DNA of 64,000 bases from assembly GCA_051362555.1 (NCBI GenBank), contig CM120641.1, positions 37,640,401 through 37,704,400 on the forward strand. Reading direction: 5' to 3'. Positions 13,732 through 27,603 of the stretch are shown piece after piece. This DNA is from Lingula anatina (lineage: Eukaryota; Animalia; Brachiopoda). Position numbers and translations under genes: made by a program. Each line of letters begins with the position of its first letter. The first letter of the stretch is position 1. The notes beneath the pieces were generated by a model. That model searched no databases, had not been told where the DNA came from, and saw nothing but the letters and a program-made list of their open reading frames with translations.

Positions 13732-16700
13732 GACTTGTCTTGTGGCTGACAGAAAGATGCTCCATAAATTAAATAGAAAAAAAACTCCATTGCGATTGAC
13801 GTTTGTCTCTGAGGGAATTGCAATCAGAAACACTATGCATCATCTGGTAATACTTTCTTTATGCAAATATATTTACAAGGATATTTATATTTTGACTGAT
13901 ATTATAGAACTATTTTCACTTTATACTAGAGTCGCCACATCATGAAATGCTATAATTTTTAGTAGCATTTGTATTTTATACGTTTAATCATGATCCATCA
14001 CATAGGTATGTGTAGCTTCACGTTATTTTGTCATCTTTATTGTTAATCAAAGGAAGCAAGTGTTGATAAGTCTGCATAAATTTGTCTTTTGAATTCTTTG
14101 ACATCAAAACTCTTATCAACATTTGAGTTCAATCTGAATGTTATCAGTATTTAAATATTGAAGAACAATTCCAAAGGAAATGTTTATGTCATCTGAAAGT
14201 TAAGTTTTATTTTGTATCTTTGTCAGATCTGCTTTCGTTGTTGTTTTTGCTTTTAGTTAAAAGTTTCAATAAACCTATTTATTATTAACACAATTAACAT
14301 TTTTAATGTGTCATTTGTCATTATTGGGATTTTTAATCTTAAATCATTTAACGACACCTTTTATAACCTTTTTCGAGAAACTACAAAGATAATTTCGATT
14401 GATTCCCTTTCGCTAGCATTTATCACTCCGGTGAATAATTTTAAGCAATCAAGCGGGCCCGAGAAGTGCACTCCCTGGGGAGATGCCTGTCAAAGCAGTC
14501 GACCCAATAAGAGTGACGCTTAGATCGCGTGTGTCTTGCTGCGATTAGAACTTGAATAAGTGAGAATTGAATGGACCACTGGCGTAAGACGATTACTTTA
14601 AATCTCTTCATGCCTTTTACCTAATTTGAACACTCAATCGGAAAATATTTACGGAAATCGTCAAATACCCCATGTTAATCAGACGTAGAATTGCGACCGG
14701 CATTGAAGTTGGTGATAAGAAGTCGGATTAGGAAGTGCTGAACGGTGATAATCAAGGTTTCAGAAAGAAAGCCAAGCAAAAAAAGGAGCTCTTAGAAAAT
14801 TTAATTAAATTTCTGTTTTCTTCGGTTTTATGGCTTCGTTTTCAAAATTCTTACCTCCACCAAGGAGGTAATGTTTTTGTCTTTGTTGGTTTGTTAGTTA
14901 ACAACCTAACTCAAAAAGGCATGGACGGACTGTGATAATTTTTTTTTTTTTTTTAGTATAGGTCAGAAATGGGCTTATTTAGAATCGATTAGTGGTGATC
15001 CATTACTTAATTAATAATGAGAACTGAGCTGACATGGCAGAGGTCTGCAATACCTAGTTATTTACTATAATTGTATTCAACTCTCTCGTTCATATATGCT
15101 AAAGTGACTAGAAGTGGATATGCGATTTCACGAAACAAAATAAGCAAAAAACAATATGAATTTATGAAATAATTTTTCAAAAAATAGAATAAATTCCAAA
15201 AACGACAAACAGCAATAAAAGTTTAAACTGAAATAGTGATGGTGATAAATTGCACGCATAAAGGGCGCTCCTGTTTGATTTACCGTCCTTCGCACTTCTT
15301 TATCTATTTTAGATAAAGAATAAAAAAGAGAATAGAAAAAGAAAAAAAGTGCTTTAAGCAACGAAGCAGAAATTAATTAGCAAAAGAATAGGGGTGCAGA
15401 CTTTTTTGAAAGGTCACCTATCGTTTGACGCGCAGACCACATCGGCGGGTAAGCGGATCAGCTAATGAAGATGGTCGTCTTTCCACGCGGCCCAAAGAAA
15501 ACGACAGACAAAAGCCACTTCTTCTGCAGCTTGATGGAAATTTGATAGTGGATGCACAATGGGATGTTGATGGAGTGCTTAATAATAAAACTGCTTTTAT
15601 ACAAAGTAACATCCACTTTATGAAAAAGCTGGCGTGCGCCTGGTGGTAATAAACATACCGGGAGACAATGGGCGCGCGTGCCGTCCCAATGACCCCGGGG
15701 CCGCCCCGTCGTGTCCCAGACAACCGGACACCCTGGTTACGGCAAAAGCCACCAAGGACACACAACTGATGAGGCCGAGGAGAAGCTCAAATTGCACTTT
15801 TATTATGTTCCATAAAAACGTCCTACTACGTAAGTTTCTTGCAGGGAAGATGCGCGAAAGATAAATACTGCACTCCAGGCCGCTTTCGACACATTGGACT
15901 GCAGTTCTTAGCATGCATAACATGTTCAATGGTTTTATTCGTATGATCTTTTCGTTACTTAAACATACAACCATACTGAAATAACATGGATAACAAAACA
16001 AAAGAGAAACTGATTATCAGTATGATGCACTTTTCAGTCACTAATTTCAAGATATCAAACGATATGTTTGTTCAAAATATGTTTTTGTTATTTTCACTAT
16101 TTTTTGGTATAAATTATGATTGGTTAGTAACTGATTACACTGTTATGATCGCTTACATTTCACACACGGTTCCATGTTTAAGAGTAAGCATTCTTTACTT
16201 TGAATCTTGGCATTTAGATCATCACATATTTTGTCATATACACGAAAATTGAATAACACACAACTGGCCACTTCAGAAAAGGCCACGTGTGGACCACGCC
16301 AAACGGTGTGCGGTCCGGAATGATAAGCAAATAGTCACATACTTGGATAAGGGGCAATGATCCAGTTGCGCTTTTAAACTTTGAAATCCTCCAAAGGAGT
16401 GTAATCTCAGGAGTTGAGACTTTCCAAACCGTTAGGGGCCCCACAGCTTGCCAATTGTTATGCTAAATACAGTTCCGTCCAATCCCGCGTAACACACGCA
16501 TATAGTCCCTGCCTGTTTCGTGAAGGCAATTCATTTTAATCACCGTATTATCCTCAGAACAAATAGCCCTCAAGGTATGTGTATGATAGGACCTTTACGT
16601 GAAGATGGGCTTTCTTTTATCAAGGCACGAGCCGTGTGTCTTCTTGTGTCACTGAAGCCGGTCGTCGCCTTCCCCTTCGAGCCACGCAAGGCAGGTGAAT

Positions 16701-19700
16701 GAAACAGAGAAAATTACCAAGAAGACCCTAATTATTCCTGCAACTTTTTTCCAACCTTCGAGGCAGGGTAATCAGAAACATTGAAGAAAAAGAATCGAAC
16801 AAACACGTGAAAACTGATCAAAATTGAACTAAAGAAAATAGACCCACGCGGGTAATTACACGTTAGGTAAAAAACTCAGTCTATTATTGTCAACGACGAA
16901 TGATCTTGTAATTTGACAAGAATATATTTCAGAGCTTGGGGGCAAACATTTGCAAAGTATAAAGAGAATAGGATGCTGGTATAACGGTAAAGGTTACTCT
17001 CCAGTGCAGCTTGCTGTTGTATCGCTTCACCTGGATCTCCTCTGTACACCTGACCCTAATTTGATAATGCAGCAAATTAATTACCTACCTTAAGAATGCT
17101 GAGCAGTGAGAGGCGCGAGGCTTAATGACAAACTAATAGGAAGAATTAATTAATTAATGAAAGGAGGAACAGTGGGTACAGGCAACATAAAATTGGATTT
17201 TTCAACAGCAATTATTCCAGTTTTCCTGTGTTGACACCGACTTCCTCAATTGATTTTGTTCTGCGGTGAAGTAGTGTATTACTTCACTGGCGATTAATCA
17301 ACCATGGTTTTCATGGCGTTATTATCTATTATGAATCTAAAGTGACGGCTGACGGCCGCAAAAATTTTGTCGCGTGTCAAAAATTCCCTTTTCAAACAAT
17401 GAAATTGCAACTTTTGTTGACGTGACCATTGCTTATTATCTACATTAAGTATCAAAAGTGATAGGCATAGTTACTCCACTTTACCACACTTTCTCGGCAC
17501 GAGAACTTATTTTCTCCCATTGAACGACCGATCAAGTCGACGTCGGTTCGAAAATTAGGTGAACTTTCCGCAACGTATTTAAAATAAGTGCTCTCAGCTT
17601 TCGCCCTACTAAACTTTGAATGTGTCGACCAAATAATATTGCGAAATCTTTCAGCTGGATCGCTCGTTTGGGCGTTGGACCAAGGAACCATTTGATAGGT
17701 TTTCCAAAGTCATTTGAAGAAAATCACATTCATTACATACAGGTGATCGCAGTTAGGGTCGATTTTAGTGTCAGATGATTATACCGTTTTTGACGGGTCG
17801 ACAATCTTGCCTCGTAGGACTAGAGTTGCCGACGGCGGTGAGGCCCGAAACCCCGCTGTTTTAAACTTAGATAGGTTTCATGCAAAAAAGAAACACGACA
17901 CCAAAATGAAAATGGGCATTAAAAGAAAAATTACATGTTTTCCGTGGTTCCAGCTTTTACGAAGACGGCAGCAAACGGGAGAAAAGTGCGTTATTTTTTT
18001 GTTCATTAGCTAAGCGCAAGAGCTTGCAAATCCCTGCTCCACTTGAATTATATTGTCAGGATAGGTTAGCCGCATTATTGAAAGGCTAATAAAAAGTGTT
18101 AGATTCGGGTCGGTAACTCTCGTTCAGCGATCAGGGATCGAGTGGCTTAGGGCACCTCTTGCAAGTCGTGCTCCATCGCTTGACAGTGCCAAGGTAATCA
18201 GGCATGTGTCAGAAGAAAAAAGCCCGTATCTAAACCGCGGTATCAAATCACGATCACTTCACTGGTCTTCTGTAGGATTACTTACAAACGATTTGCCATT
18301 TACCTGTGTTTTAAAAGAAGACTGAAAGCCATGGTTGCATTGTTGCATCCCGGTCTTTTCTCGCCCGACCTCCCTCGCATAAGGAGATTGAAAGTGACAC
18401 CTTAATGGCATCGGCGGCTCGTGCCGCTCGCGACAGCAGGGGCGCGCGAGATAAGCTTCGCTGCCTTCTCAGCGTTATGGAAAACGGGGGTTTACTTCTA
18501 GAAAACTTATAATATGCCACTTGAATAAGAATAGACATATAAGACGGAGGCATCTTTATCCGCCCTCTAAGGTTTCAATCCTTAACTTATGAAAAAAGAT
18601 TTAGATGAAGTATTTGTGCAGAAGTCGCTTGATGTGGTTCATATTTTCATGGATTTCATCTTAGAAGACATTTGCAGATGGCGGGGGATGAAATATGATA
18701 TCGATGTATTAAGATTCAATGAATAATTGAATTAAAAAGAAATGAAGATAACCCCAAGCTGCAGATTTTTGAAAATAAAGAAGAAGATAAAGAAAGAAGT
18801 AGAGGAGACGCTAAAAAATCGAAAATAAGAAATTATGTGAAATAGAAAAAAAAAGAAAGAAATTAAAGAAGGATGTACATGTATGCTTGTCTGAATACTT
18901 CTATGAATACTTATTTAAAGCTGAATTCATAATACTCCGATTTTCAAATCAAGAGGTTTGGATAAATAACAGATTCGATGCGCTCTTAAAATTATATAAC
19001 GACTGCAAGATTCACGACTGCAAGACACCCGAAGGAATGAATGGCAACTTGATTGAAAAGTCAGCAATTATATTTAAATTTTCCTTTCTAAATTATGATC
19101 TCACAATGGACGAATGAATATGTTGCCTTAGTAATTTTGATCTATCTTTTGTCCGGGAATATCTCAAATATTTGTTACAGGAACTGTACAGTTGTTAATT
19201 TTTCAGTTACAATACAGTTTTCAAAATGCTAATAGTACCCTTTTGTGCTTAATCGGTCGATCTTACTCAAGGAAGACGTTAACTATCGCGCATGATTCTT
19301 TTGCGTCAAACCAACACAGCGAATAACGCAATGTAGGGCTCTTGCAGTGCTACAGTTGAGAATGTACATACATGTAAGACACCTTGCTCAACTACCCTAT
19401 TGTGAATGTTACAAAGCTAGAAAGGGAATCACCCAAGATAGTCAGCGGCTTACCGTAAAAGCAAGCGAAAGTTTTACGAAATTTTGAGGAATGTGGGATA
19501 AGAAATAATGGCAGACTAGCGAGTTCGGTGAAGGAACGAATAAAAGTTGACAGTAGTTACCCACTGATATTTTTGTTTGGCTTTTCTTAATTAAAGTTTG
19601 GAAGATTTCCATTCTCATGCATAACAGTCGAAATTCACCCATTTGCCTGTCACTTTTGAATACTTTCTAAGAAAAAAGTAAAAAAAAAGTTTACCCCACC

Positions 19701-19904
19701 TTATGCAGGTTCTCCCAGTTTTTCTAGCGTCGCAAGAGGTCGCGCAGTGCAGAAAACCTCGTTTTACTTATAGGCTATCTCGGATGATCTCCATTCGCGT
19801 TAAAAACCGAAGAGAGATTTTCACTACAAACTGAAGAATTTTGTTTAAGAATAACGAAAGTAGTCCCCACTATAATTTTCTTTTAGAATTTTGCATCCGC
19901 TTAA

Positions 19905-20066
19905 CAGGCCCGTAGCCAGCAAATTCAAAAGTTTTTTTTCTGAAAAAGTGGACCTTTTACTATGACACTTATGTGTACCTAGATCAAATTTTACCCAAAA
20001 TGGACCTTTTCCTGACAAAAGGGGCGATTCTTTAGAACCCCCCGAACCCCCCTGGCTACGGGCCTG
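19905..20066. mobile_element. MITE (family A, copy 1) with TIR CAGGCCCGTAGCCAG...CTGGCTACGGGCCTG
   Basis: Perfect 15-bp terminal inverted repeats; internal sequence shared with copies at 30319-30502 (inverted) and 62230-62405. Confidence 0.85.
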
Positions 20067-20705
20067 CCGCTAACCCTAGTGATCTACTTTTAATTTGGTT
20101 TACTCATCTGGGCACTAATACAAAAAGAATTAATCTTGGTAAAAAAAAAAATCAGCAAGAGCGAGAGTGAAATATAATTTTGTACTTAGAACCATGACAT
20201 TTGTTTTATCGAGATACCAAACCGAGCCTAGATCGTGTCAGCTTTATATATAATAATAAGACGTGATTGTTTTACACGGCTCTTGTTTCAGCACACACTA
20301 AAGATACAGATAATGATTTTTAGCATGCAATGCTAGTCTGACCCAAGACTGAATACTCTTATGAAAAAATAGTGGTATTCAGCATATTTAGACGAGGTTT
20401 GTTGCTGGGATTATAATAAAATAAATGTGCGATAAAACATAGCTATATATTTAACACTTAACGTACCATAGCAAACGGGTTGTGTTAATGCTACGGTGGA
20501 AGCCACGCGTCAAATCATTACTGGGTCATCACCTCAAAGTAAACAAAGGCCTATTCACACTAAAGAAATTTCTGGACCAAATTATAGTGACGTGGTGTCT
20601 AGAATTTTTTCCACGTTAGTTTCTGGGCACAAATTAAACCGCCGAGGTCATTCAGGTCGGCAACTGTTGCTACTCTTGCTCGCTGAAACTTAACCCTACG
20701 TCGCC

Positions 20706-22482
20706 ATGACTGCAGCCATGCTTACGTTGGCCGTTGCTCTCGCTGTAATAAATATTGTCAGAATACAAGCCGAGGTCTACTCATCCTTCGCTCATCTCGA
20801 GCGTTCACTGCAAGCTGAGCAATCTCTGGCGAAAGACATCAAAGATTATATAAAACAAGAAAAAGTGCGGCTGGAAAAGTTGGAAAGGTAACGTACGCGA
20901 TAGCATTGCCTACGTGGCGGCTATACATTAGTAGGTTTCCGATACACTATATTTATCCGTCTAAGTCTAAGCATGACGTATTTGCCTAAAAAGCAATGTG
21001 GTGTTGCGTAATAGGTTCACATAAATGCAATGGGACGAAATAGTAGGAAGTAGCCGAAATTAAATCAGTTTTTTTTGGCATTATCATGAATGGTTTCAGA
21101 GCTGCCGAAGAATATGAACAACACAGCAAAGCAGCGTTGGCGAACAGTGAAAGTTTCATGGGGAATCCCATCAACGCGTACTTGTTTATGAAACGCTTTA
21201 CGACAGACTGGGCAGACCTCAGTCATCTACTGCGAGAGGACCACAGCTATGGTATGCCCTACACACACTCCCTGGGTTCCCCTTTATTGCTTTCCTGATG
21301 ATATTTCAAGAAAGGCCCCTAGAGCCAGACAAACTGCCACAATCATGACTGGTAGTGTAGATAGAGTATTTTAATTAAAATGTTGTGCATGACCCAATTT
21401 CTGAGGTACATTTTTAATATTTATCAGCTGAATGGATTTTATCATTTATTTGTTAATTTTAGATGGATTCCTACTCTAGATTAAACCTGAGAATAGTCTC
21501 GAATGTGTAACACATTAGGTGCAGCCATTAACGTGAAGTCTATAATACGAATCCACCTTTTCCACGTGTCCTGTAAATGTGATCAGAATACCTAATATTT
21601 AATTACGCAATATTTATTATAATTTTTTTTATTTAATATTTCTTTGCACAGATCTTTTGGCAAATTTCGAAGAGATCAGAAACAAGGGATTTTTACCTCA
21701 GTTGATAGATTTACAAGGGGCAGCGGCAGCTCTGATGAGGTTACAAGACACATACAATCTCAACACATCCGAAATTGCCAGTGGAATACTGCAGGGAGTG
21801 AAGAGATCGCCGGGTCTATCTGGTATGAATATACTTATGATATTTTAACGACATTATTAATTTGGATAGGATCTTTGATAAAGTTTTTCTTTACACTCAT
21901 TTATCAGATATATGTAATCAAATAAGTGGATGCACAGGAAAATCCACAGGAAATATCAATGGTCGTGAGGCTTACGGGACATATTTTGTTGGGTAACATT
22001 CAATTTTATTCTGCAATGCCAAATTTTGAAAGCAGTTTGCGTAATTGCATAGCAATTGCAAAATTAATAACATAATGCTATGATTCATTCCAACTCCCGT
22101 GCTTAACACATTTGCCTCGACAAATACTTGATTATTCATATGCAGCAACAAATACCTACAACACATCTGATAGTCGGTCAAAGTTTATGTCCAAAATGTT
22201 TTGCAGTCAATATACCGGTGAACTTCTCATTTCAGCCTTTGACTGTTTTTACTTTGGGAAATACGCATATAACCAATCTGATTACTACCACACACTTCTG
22301 TGGATGCAGGAGGCGCTCAATAGACTGCCATTTGAGCCTGACTCCCCCATAGACCGGATAACCATATTAGATTACTTAACGTTCGCAACTTTCAAGGTAA
22401 GGGGATTTGTGTGCTTTCAGTCGACTAGAGAAACAGACATCCTATTTGAATGTTTCTAAGTCTGTATGTTTTTTAAAGGGGG

Positions 22483-22515
<33 letters not shown>

Positions 22516-22533
22516 TGTGATTTTATCTCTCAC

Positions 22534-22604
<71 letters not shown>

Positions 22605-23327
22605 GGTCAAAGATAACGTAAACTCTTGCAACCAAATAGTAACTCAAAATCTAACCTTTTCCCCCAGCATCATCCGAGACATACACAGTCCAACGAAGTT
22701 TGCTAATGTCTTACAATATTTCAGCTCATAAAGTGGGAAAAATGAAAGCATATTTCGGAATTTTAAGGTTGGTCTGTTTTGGTTTTTAGCAAGGAAACGT
22801 GAGACACGCGCTTCTTCTTGCAAATGAGATGCTGCAGATAGGTAAGTGCTCAAATAGCAAGTAAGCGCTATATAAACAAAATATTAATGCCACTGAACTA
22901 ATACTTTAATTGAAATACGAATTTTCATTTATGATATTTGTGAGACAATAATTAATGGCCTAAAATACAAACATTTCCAACTAGTGACTACATGGCGTCA
23001 CCAATAGATCAAGTGACTTATTCAATCTAAGTTCACAGTTATTCCCTTTATTTTTAACAGACCCCGAGAACGAAAGAGCATTACAGAATAAAAGATATTT
23101 TCTATCAAATCTTGAGGAATCTGACAAGCCGATGACGATTGAAAATAAAAGGCCACATAGGGGAGTAAGGGATGAAGAATATGAAAATTATGAAAAACTA
23201 TGCCGAGGAGATAGTATTAAACCTTTCAAAGTAGGTTCAGCTATTTGTATAATTATCCTCTTCATTTGAAATGTCGTTGACACCTTACATCTTGAAGACA
23301 TTTAATTGTGTATATTATTATTATTAA

Positions 23328-23361
<34 letters not shown>

Positions 23362-26300
23362 TTAAAGCAACCTCTAAAACCTGATATGTGAGATAACGCA
23401 TCTTTTTTACCGTTTCATGATTAGACACCAAAACGGACCCACAAACTTACTTGCAGTTATGAAACCAACAAGAGCCCTAATCTGCTGTTAAGACCATTCA
23501 AAGTTGAAGTATTGTATCACAGCCCTAAGATAGTCATGTGGCACGATGTGCTGTCCGAAGTCGAAATGAAGAAAGTGAAAGAGCTCGCTACGCCTCGGGT
23601 ACGTAGTAAGAGAGGCTAACATTTTGCTTAAATGTGATATGGTTTGTATTTAAAGTATTAACAGTTTCCTATCCGGGATTTTTCCCCCTTGACAAAAAAT
23701 AATACCACCATATTCTTCCTGACATTTTAGAAAGAAATGTCTGGATCTGGTACTTTTATTTGATGGGTTTTATCATTTCTAAGGCGAATTGGGAAAGATA
23801 AGTAGCTTTGCAGGGTATTAAGATCTATATAATATGACTTTGGAACATCTGGAACCGCGTATAGTAGCCTACACCTATAACAGCGCACATCGCATTGCTC
23901 GCCAAGAGAGACATTATCATGCTCGAAAAAAGAAAAAACTAACAGTTGTCTAGATGAATGCTCGTATTCATTTATTTCAGTTAAACCGCGCGACCGTTCA
24001 CAATCCGGTGACAGGAAAACTTGAATTCGCGGAATACCGAGTTAGCAAAAGGTCAGTGTCTTCGACGTCTTGTGTTTTGGAAATTGTGTGGCGCAAAAGT
24101 TTAAGCGAAATTGTTAGAGCCTCAGGAGATGCTACAGTAGAAATCAAACTCGTTTATATATAATGTAACCAGTGTGCTCAAGCTTACTAGAGTATGGCCC
24201 TACTTTTGTGGGCAGTGAGTTAGATCATCATTATTTTAGTGAAATACTTCAATTCAATGAGAGGACAGTACAAGTACACAACGAGACTTCTTCGATGTGT
24301 TACTAATTGTTAAAAATTGCCGTGAGTATGAAAATTCTTATAAATTTCTCTGTTCTAGCGTTTTCTTGGACAGCGACATCGACCCCGTAGTGGAAGTAAT
24401 CAGTCAAAGAATCGCAGACATCACTGGATTAGATATGTCCACGGCTGAAGGACTACAGGTGTGGCGCCTTGCTAGTTCTCCATTCAACTAAATTTGCCAC
24501 ATTAAAAAAATGTTATATATTTTTTTTACCTTATTTGCTGACATTGGTAAACTAGAAAAATGTTCTACACACACTGGACAATAGAAGTGTCACCCCTTGA
24601 ATCAGAGTAATCAAAGTTATTAACCTGAAGAGGTGAAATATAAGCAATGTCAGAATATCGATACAGTTGAATTGTTCAGTCAGAACCATTTTTTTTGTGA
24701 AATTTGATGTTAATAAATGGATACCAGAAGCATATCATTCCGCAATCATTTATCTCCCTCAAAGTATCGGTTCAGTAGGGGTGACACTTCTATTGTCCAG
24801 TGTGTGTAGAATAATTTTTCACCAATAGAATGTGTTATGTTTTTTTTCTTCTCTAACTACCTAGGTAGCTAATTACGGGATGGGTGGACAATATGAGCCA
24901 CATTTTGATTTTGCCCGGGTAAGTTTTAAAAATACAAGATTAACTTTGAAATAAATCAAGTGTTTTAGTCTATTGTTTTCTCATCAACTTCGCTAATCTG
25001 AGGGGTATTTACAAATACCTAGTTTAATATTAGTGAAAAAAGTACATGCATGTAGCTTGTAAAGACATCATTGTTTTTACTTATGTGACGTATAGGGCTT
25101 CAAAATAGCATTAAAGGGATTTTAATATATAGCCTGTTTACTATCATTATACAAGAGACACTGATTCACCTATTTTACTGTTAAAAGTTATTGGATTATA
25201 CATTTACGTAGTGTTTTAAGACAAGCCACTTTTTTTTCCAGAGGAGAGAAACCCACGCTTTTAGTGATGCTATAGGAAATAGAATAGCCACAGTTCTGTT
25301 TTATGTAAGTAATTGCACTGGAAGTAACCGATGCTGTTACTCTATCAGTCGACATACCCGTGCCTATGTCAGATAAGCTTTTTGTCTTTTTGGTCTCAGT
25401 TGTCGAGAATAATAGTGACGTCTTTCTAACGTTAAATTGTTCAGCCAAACAGTTGTTAGAATCTAGGACCCATTAAAAAGAGGATACTGGGTCCTATTAA
25501 GAATTAAATCAGGTTCGTTGTATGTGTGATATACTGTATAATGTTTACCATTCTGTTTTGTCGTAAGATGACAGACGTGGAAGCAGGGGGCGCCACAGTA
25601 TTTCCCAAACTAGGAGTTAAAGTTTTCCCTAAAAAGGTGCGAGTGTTGCATAAGTTCTGTAATCAAATATTTAGTGGTGTATGGTGAATTAGACTCAAAC
25701 ATATTGTATTTGAACTGTAAAACGCTTACACTTTCGTTGTAGTCATATGCATATATCGGTATAATAATTTACCAAAGTTAAAGTTTTATAGTAATAAAGT
25801 TAAAATGCAATTTATATATTTCTACATGTATGTATAGTAAAAATAACTGACACAATATATTAAAATATTACTTTTATTTTATCAAACCTCAGTCATTGAA
25901 AGGACCAATTTTGAACTACAATTATAAAACTGTGGAAAGTAACATACATGTATTTGTTGATTACATTTTAGGGATCTGCAGCATTCTGGTACAATCTCAG
26001 ACGGAGTGGTATTGGCGACTACCGTACAAGACATGCCGCGTGTCCGGTGCTGTCTGGGGCCAAATGGGGTACGTAAGCTCAGCACGCGCTTTGTAATATC
26101 ACTCACTACCCCCCCCCCCCCCCTCCCCAGGCCCACTAATTGATTTTTTTTTAAATCAGATATTCACAGATATGTATCTAGTCAATTCATTACATTTTTC
26201 TCTACTGTGTGCGTTAGGAAAAAGTGCATATTATTTATCTGCGGTCATGGTAGGCAAAATATCACAGTATCTGTGAACATATTCTTATTAGAATGTAGTC

Positions 26301-26745
26301 TAAGCACTAACTTCTACCATAGGTGATTCACAAGGTAGTGGTAAATGTCATCATCATCATTGCTCTTCGTCCCGCGTGGTGGTAAATGTACACCATTTTT
26401 AAAAGTTGCTTCGGCCGCATTCAGAACAGATGATCCGCGGACTAACTGGACTAATAACTGGTCAGTCAGTTAGTCCGCGGATCATCTGTTCTGAATGCGG
26501 CCTTAGTTCGACGATTTGTTTTTAAAATAGTATTTTTTAAATTCCTTGTTTTTTGACTGTATTAAATCTTGCCTCCTCCGTGTAAAGCCTATCAAACATG
26601 GCTGTCGTGTACCAAGGCATTGTATACATCCTTGCTTTTACTGAGCTGTATTCATCTTTATAAAATCTTTTCAGTTTGCAATAAATGGCTGCATGAAAGA
26701 GGACAGGAATTAAGGCGAACGTGTTCAACCAATCCTAAGGAATAA
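20706..26745 (+). CDS. P4HA: Prolyl 4-hydroxylase alpha subunit (P4HA-A), 14 coding exons, 528 aa: 20706-20887, 21100-21251, 21652-21822, 22236-22396, 22790-22841, 23061-23230, 23425-23598, 23981-24051, 24359-24458, 24865-24918, 25242-25304, 25568-25636, 25972-26068, 26675-26745
   Basis: Signal peptide, GNPINAY, ALMRLQDTY, TPR peptide-binding domain (DYYHT..WM), YRVSKS, VANYGMGGQYEPHFD (HxD), GNRIAT, GGATVFP, TRHAACPVLSGAKW, CNKWLHERGQE. All introns are GT-AG and the spliced length of 1587 nt is in frame. Confidence 0.95.
22485..22600. repeat. (CT)n / (GT)n(GA)n microsatellites in P4HA-A intron 4
   Basis: Directly visible. Confidence 0.9.
23314..23361. repeat. (ATT)n microsatellite
   Basis: Directly visible. 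Confidence 0.9.
24568..24806. mobile_element. Tc1/mariner-type MITE in P4HA-A intron 9
   Basis: 30-bp perfect TIR CACACACTGGACAATAGAAGTGTCACCCCT...AGGGGTGACACTTCTATTGTCCAGTGTGTG, flanked by TA on both sides. Confidence 0.8.
26413..26502. mobile_element. Short palindromic MITE (PIF/Harbinger-like) in P4HA-A intron 13
   Basis: 36-bp perfect inverted arms (26413-26448 / 26467-26502) beginning GGCCGCATTCAG; flanks TTC/TTA resemble a 3-bp TWA target-site duplication. Confidence 0.7.
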
Positions 26746-27603
26746 TCACAGCGGCTATGCATACCATATTTGTTCGATCCAGGAACTCAAACCAGACTCG
26801 CAATACTCAATGCAATTTATATTCTTGAAGTTCATTTTAGTGTAGATATGCATCACTAGAGCTTTCACTGCAAGACTGCCAAAATGTTTGCTTTCAAATA
26901 TATTTTAAGTGTGAAACGCACATGATATCTGCTATCATACAGTGGACTCAATAAACTATATATTTTCTTTATTTAACTGATTATTTGACATCATTAATAT
27001 ATAGGATGGCAAAATGTACTTCTTAAAAAGTTATCTTTGTTTAAAAGAATTTTTTAATATATTTTGTCATAATGACAAGCCCTGAACAAGAATGGGCAAT
27101 CAAAAACCGTTTTAAGACGAACCATGCACGGAAGGAGACAGTTTTGTCGTTGGTCTGCTCCTATTATATGGATACTTTTAAAACAGTTTCTGGTATCATG
27201 CCATACGTTATATTGGCACTATTGTTGTGATGTATTTTTGTATATTTTGTTTCATGTTATACAGAAAGTAAGAAGAATATATGGATATTATGTAATGTAC
27301 AACGCATCAAAATCAGATTGTATCAAAGACGATATCAGAGCAAATGGAAAGAGTGTGTAGTGTATTTTTGACGACAGAGGTGTTGTAAAGATTGTTTTCA
27401 GCGGTGCAAAGTTGAATAAAGGTGCCATTTGGTAGATGTATACTTGTCTTTTCACGCTTTTTACAACTATACGCGACAACTAGACAACATAGTTACTGGA
27501 ATAGAAGAGACCTCTACTGTGATTTATTTTATTTTAACTGTGTGGCACAAGGGTCCATTCCAAATGACACATCGATGAAACTGTTCCAAAACATGACTAC
27601 CGG

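Noticed and set aside
13415-13945. Overlapping alternative-frame and antisense ORFs on neurogenin
   Set aside because: Shadow ORFs of a real coding sequence with no recognisable motif.
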